Shown here: positions 50,800-52,511 of the stretch, in pieces
How the letters are laid out: every line of letters begins with the position of its first letter
Position numbering within the stretch: position 1 is the first letter of the stretch
Assembly (NCBI GenBank): GCA_016199085.1
Contig: JACQHJ010000008.1
Coordinates: 1-52,511, forward strand
Direction: 5' to 3'
Origin: Candidatus Levyibacteriota bacterium
Lineage (GTDB): Bacteria; Patescibacteriota; Microgenomatia; Levybacterales; UBA12049
Length of the DNA stretch: 52,511 nucleotides
Translations under genes and position numbers: made by a program
The notes under the pieces: generated by a model
The model's database searches: none
What the model was told of the DNA's origin: nothing
Seen by the model: the letters and a program-made list of their open reading frames with translations, nothing else

Positions 50800-51455
50800 T
50801 TATTCTATGTAGGAAAGCCTTTGTCTTCTTGTTACTCTATAAGCGGCAATGCTTTTCCATAAATCACTTATTTCATTATCTAAATTGTCAGCGGTCCTAA
50901 AAACATCACGAGTTCGCCATGCTTCACCAGGAATAGAATATTCTACAGCAGATAATCTTCTATCGTAAGCGAGAGGCTCCAATGTTCTAACTAATAATGT
51001 ATCTTTTTCAGCTTGATCCCTAGCTGGTTCTAAATCAATTATGTCATCAACGACACGCATAACTGTTTGACCAACTTGGCTTTCAGACATGCCTTTTCTC
51101 TCCAACCTCCCTTTAATATCTCTAACTTCATCAAGCACTCTTACTAATTTCGTCCTATCTTCGATACCAGTATAAGTAACGACAACACCAGTACGTAGCA
51201 TGCCCGAGGGTAAAGGCTCTCCAGTTTCTGGACGCACTTGCTGTTTTGCAACTGCGTAACTATATGTACCTAATCCCGCTTGGGTAAGACCGTCTGCTAC
51301 CGCTTGATAGAAGGATAAGTTACCTATGGGTATTAATTCATTTATTTGAACAAGGACAGGTCTTGGTCCTTCAAATGCGCTGGTTGTTCCTCCAGGTGTG
51401 GAGGAGTAGCTCCTGCTTTATGTCCAGTTTTTCGCCTTTCGCTTGGAGGTGTCAT
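50800..51455 (-). pseudogene. Orphan gene with an apparent single frameshift near 51390-51417
   Basis: ATG 51455 follows TAGAAT by 8 nt and reads MTPPSERRKTGHKAGATPP before stopping after 37 aa; the frame of ORF 50800..51237 is open from 51417. Confidence 0.55.
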
Positions 51456-51564
51456 GATTTGGGATTCTAACACACAGTAGGTTATTTTTCAACGAATAAA
51501 ACGCTACAATTTCTTTTTAAAGAATTGAAGGTTTAGATTGATATATAAGTCTAAACAAATAATG

Positions 51565-51638
51565 TACCGCCAAGGGGAGTCGAACCCCTGATTCTCTGGC
51601 TGAAAACCAGATGTCCTAGGCCACTAGACGATGGCGGC
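51565..51638 (-). tRNA. tRNA-Glu(TTC)
   Basis: Acceptor GCCGCCA/TGGCGGT, anticodon arm TCTGG-TTTTCAG-CCAGA, T-loop TTCGACT; TATAAT 8 nt upstream. Confidence 0.96.
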
Positions 51639-51676
51639 ATAAACTAATTATACCTAAATTGTGTTTTTAAGGCAAA

Positions 51677-52336
51677 CTATTTAAGTCTTTTTCTTAAGTT
51701 TTCCAATATGTCTTTAGCTGTATCCTGTCCGCCGAGTCCGAAAGCTATTCCTCCAGCCACTGCCACCATTGCAACAAGCCCTGTAAACAAGATTCTTATT
51801 AAATCGGTTGCTACTCCAAGCTGGCTTAAGACGGCAAGGATAACAAATACGTTTATTGCCCATCTGACAGCCGAAGCAACTGTTGTTGATGTTTGACTGT
51901 CAACTCCTTTGACAGATGCCAAAACTATGTCATGCGCAATTCTGGCAAAGACAAATCCAACTATTGCAATTACCGCTGCTACAAAGACATTGGGAAGATA
52001 GAATAACACTTCATTTAAAACAGTAATTATTCTAGGTAATCCCCAAACGTCTGCTGTTGGAACAAGGAAAACTAAGATAACAAACCATCTTGCAATCTCT
52101 GCAAGTATATTTGTCCATGTCAATTCATCCTTTAATTCCGGAACTCCGTATTTTTTAAGATATGTTTCCACTCTTAAAGCTTTGGAGCCGCTTATAACTA
52201 TTTGTTTTACCAAGGATCCTACTATGACACCGATTATCAAAATGATTGCTCCTGTTAAAAACCTTGGAATGAAGGAAACCGTTGCGTAGAAAGCATTATT
52301 AAAAGATGCAACTAAGGTTGTACCAATATCGGTCAT
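51677..52336 (-). CDS. TM-helix repeat membrane protein (CmpX/MscS N-terminal-like)
   Basis: Two 'F/YxPxxxxA.II..IG' repeats and C-terminal 'IAFGLGG'; SD AAGGAGGTG. Confidence 0.8.
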   Translation of the reverse strand: MTDIGTTLVASFNNAFYATVSFIPRFLTGAIILIIGVIVGSLVKQIVISGSKALRVETYLKKYGVPELKDELTWTNILAEIARWFVILVFLVPTADVWGLPRIITVLNEVLFYLPNVFVAAVIAIVGFVFARIAHDIVLASVKGVDSQTSTTVASAVRWAINVFVILAVLSQLGVATDLIRILFTGLVAMVAVAGGIAFGLGGQDTAKDILENLRKRLK

Positions 52337-52435
52337 TTAATTCACCTCCTTTCATCTTTTTGATTACACAAGTTATATATTTTTTTGTTTACGCTTGTCA
52401 AGAAGCATTACAAATTGGTATAATTTACTCTACGC

Positions 52436-52507
52436 GGGCCGTTAGCTCAGCGGTAGAGCAGGAGCCTTTTAAGCTCTTGGTCACAGGTTCGAATCCTGTA
52501 CGGCTCA
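52436..52507 (+). tRNA. tRNA-Lys(TTT)
   Basis: Acceptor GGGCCGT/ACGGCTC, anticodon arm GGAGC-CTTTTAA-GCTCT, T-loop TTCGAAT. Confidence 0.96.
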
Positions 52508-52511
52508 CAAA

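Larger units (their letters stand above)
47674..51638. mobile_element. tRNA-Glu-anchored array of four single-gene cassettes delimited by att-like repeats
   Basis: Four related repeats plus the tRNA 3' end define units of 555, 1149, 1280 and 906 bp, each holding one gene; no integrase seen. Confidence 0.6.

Overview
AT-rich bacterial chromosomal window using genetic code 11. It is most likely from a Patescibacteria/CPR genome of the Microgenomates type; this is inferred from the compact gene set, the short ATP synthase delta subunit and the many orphan genes. Positions 1-43.9 kb are mostly housekeeping: surface glycosylation genes, the atpBEFHAGDC operon, dnaE, gatCAB, murT/gatD, htpX/lemA, polX, pyrG, rplS, DUF763, uvrB, lexA, dedA, rsmI, eno, ppsA, pgi/pmi, a phosphomannomutase, a holA-like gene, obg and tRNAs Thr, Asp and Gly. 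Positions 43.9-51.6 kb are accessory. The main finding is an array of four one-gene units stacked against the 3' end of tRNA-Glu (47674-51638). The units are delimited by a conserved ~35-bp repeat that begins with a tRNA-3'-end-like core (GTACC[G]CCAA) and continues as a conserved micro-ORF (MFQNWNQIR..L..W). No integrase is present in the window. The cargo is a nucleotidyltransferase, two divergent PurM-like proteins and a frameshifted orphan. Other findings are a candidate ~77-nt small RNA with three GNRA hairpins, its own consensus promoter and a terminator; widespread leaderless-type promoters; a candidate LexA operator shared by lexA and DUF763; and two divergent genes with no spacer between them.
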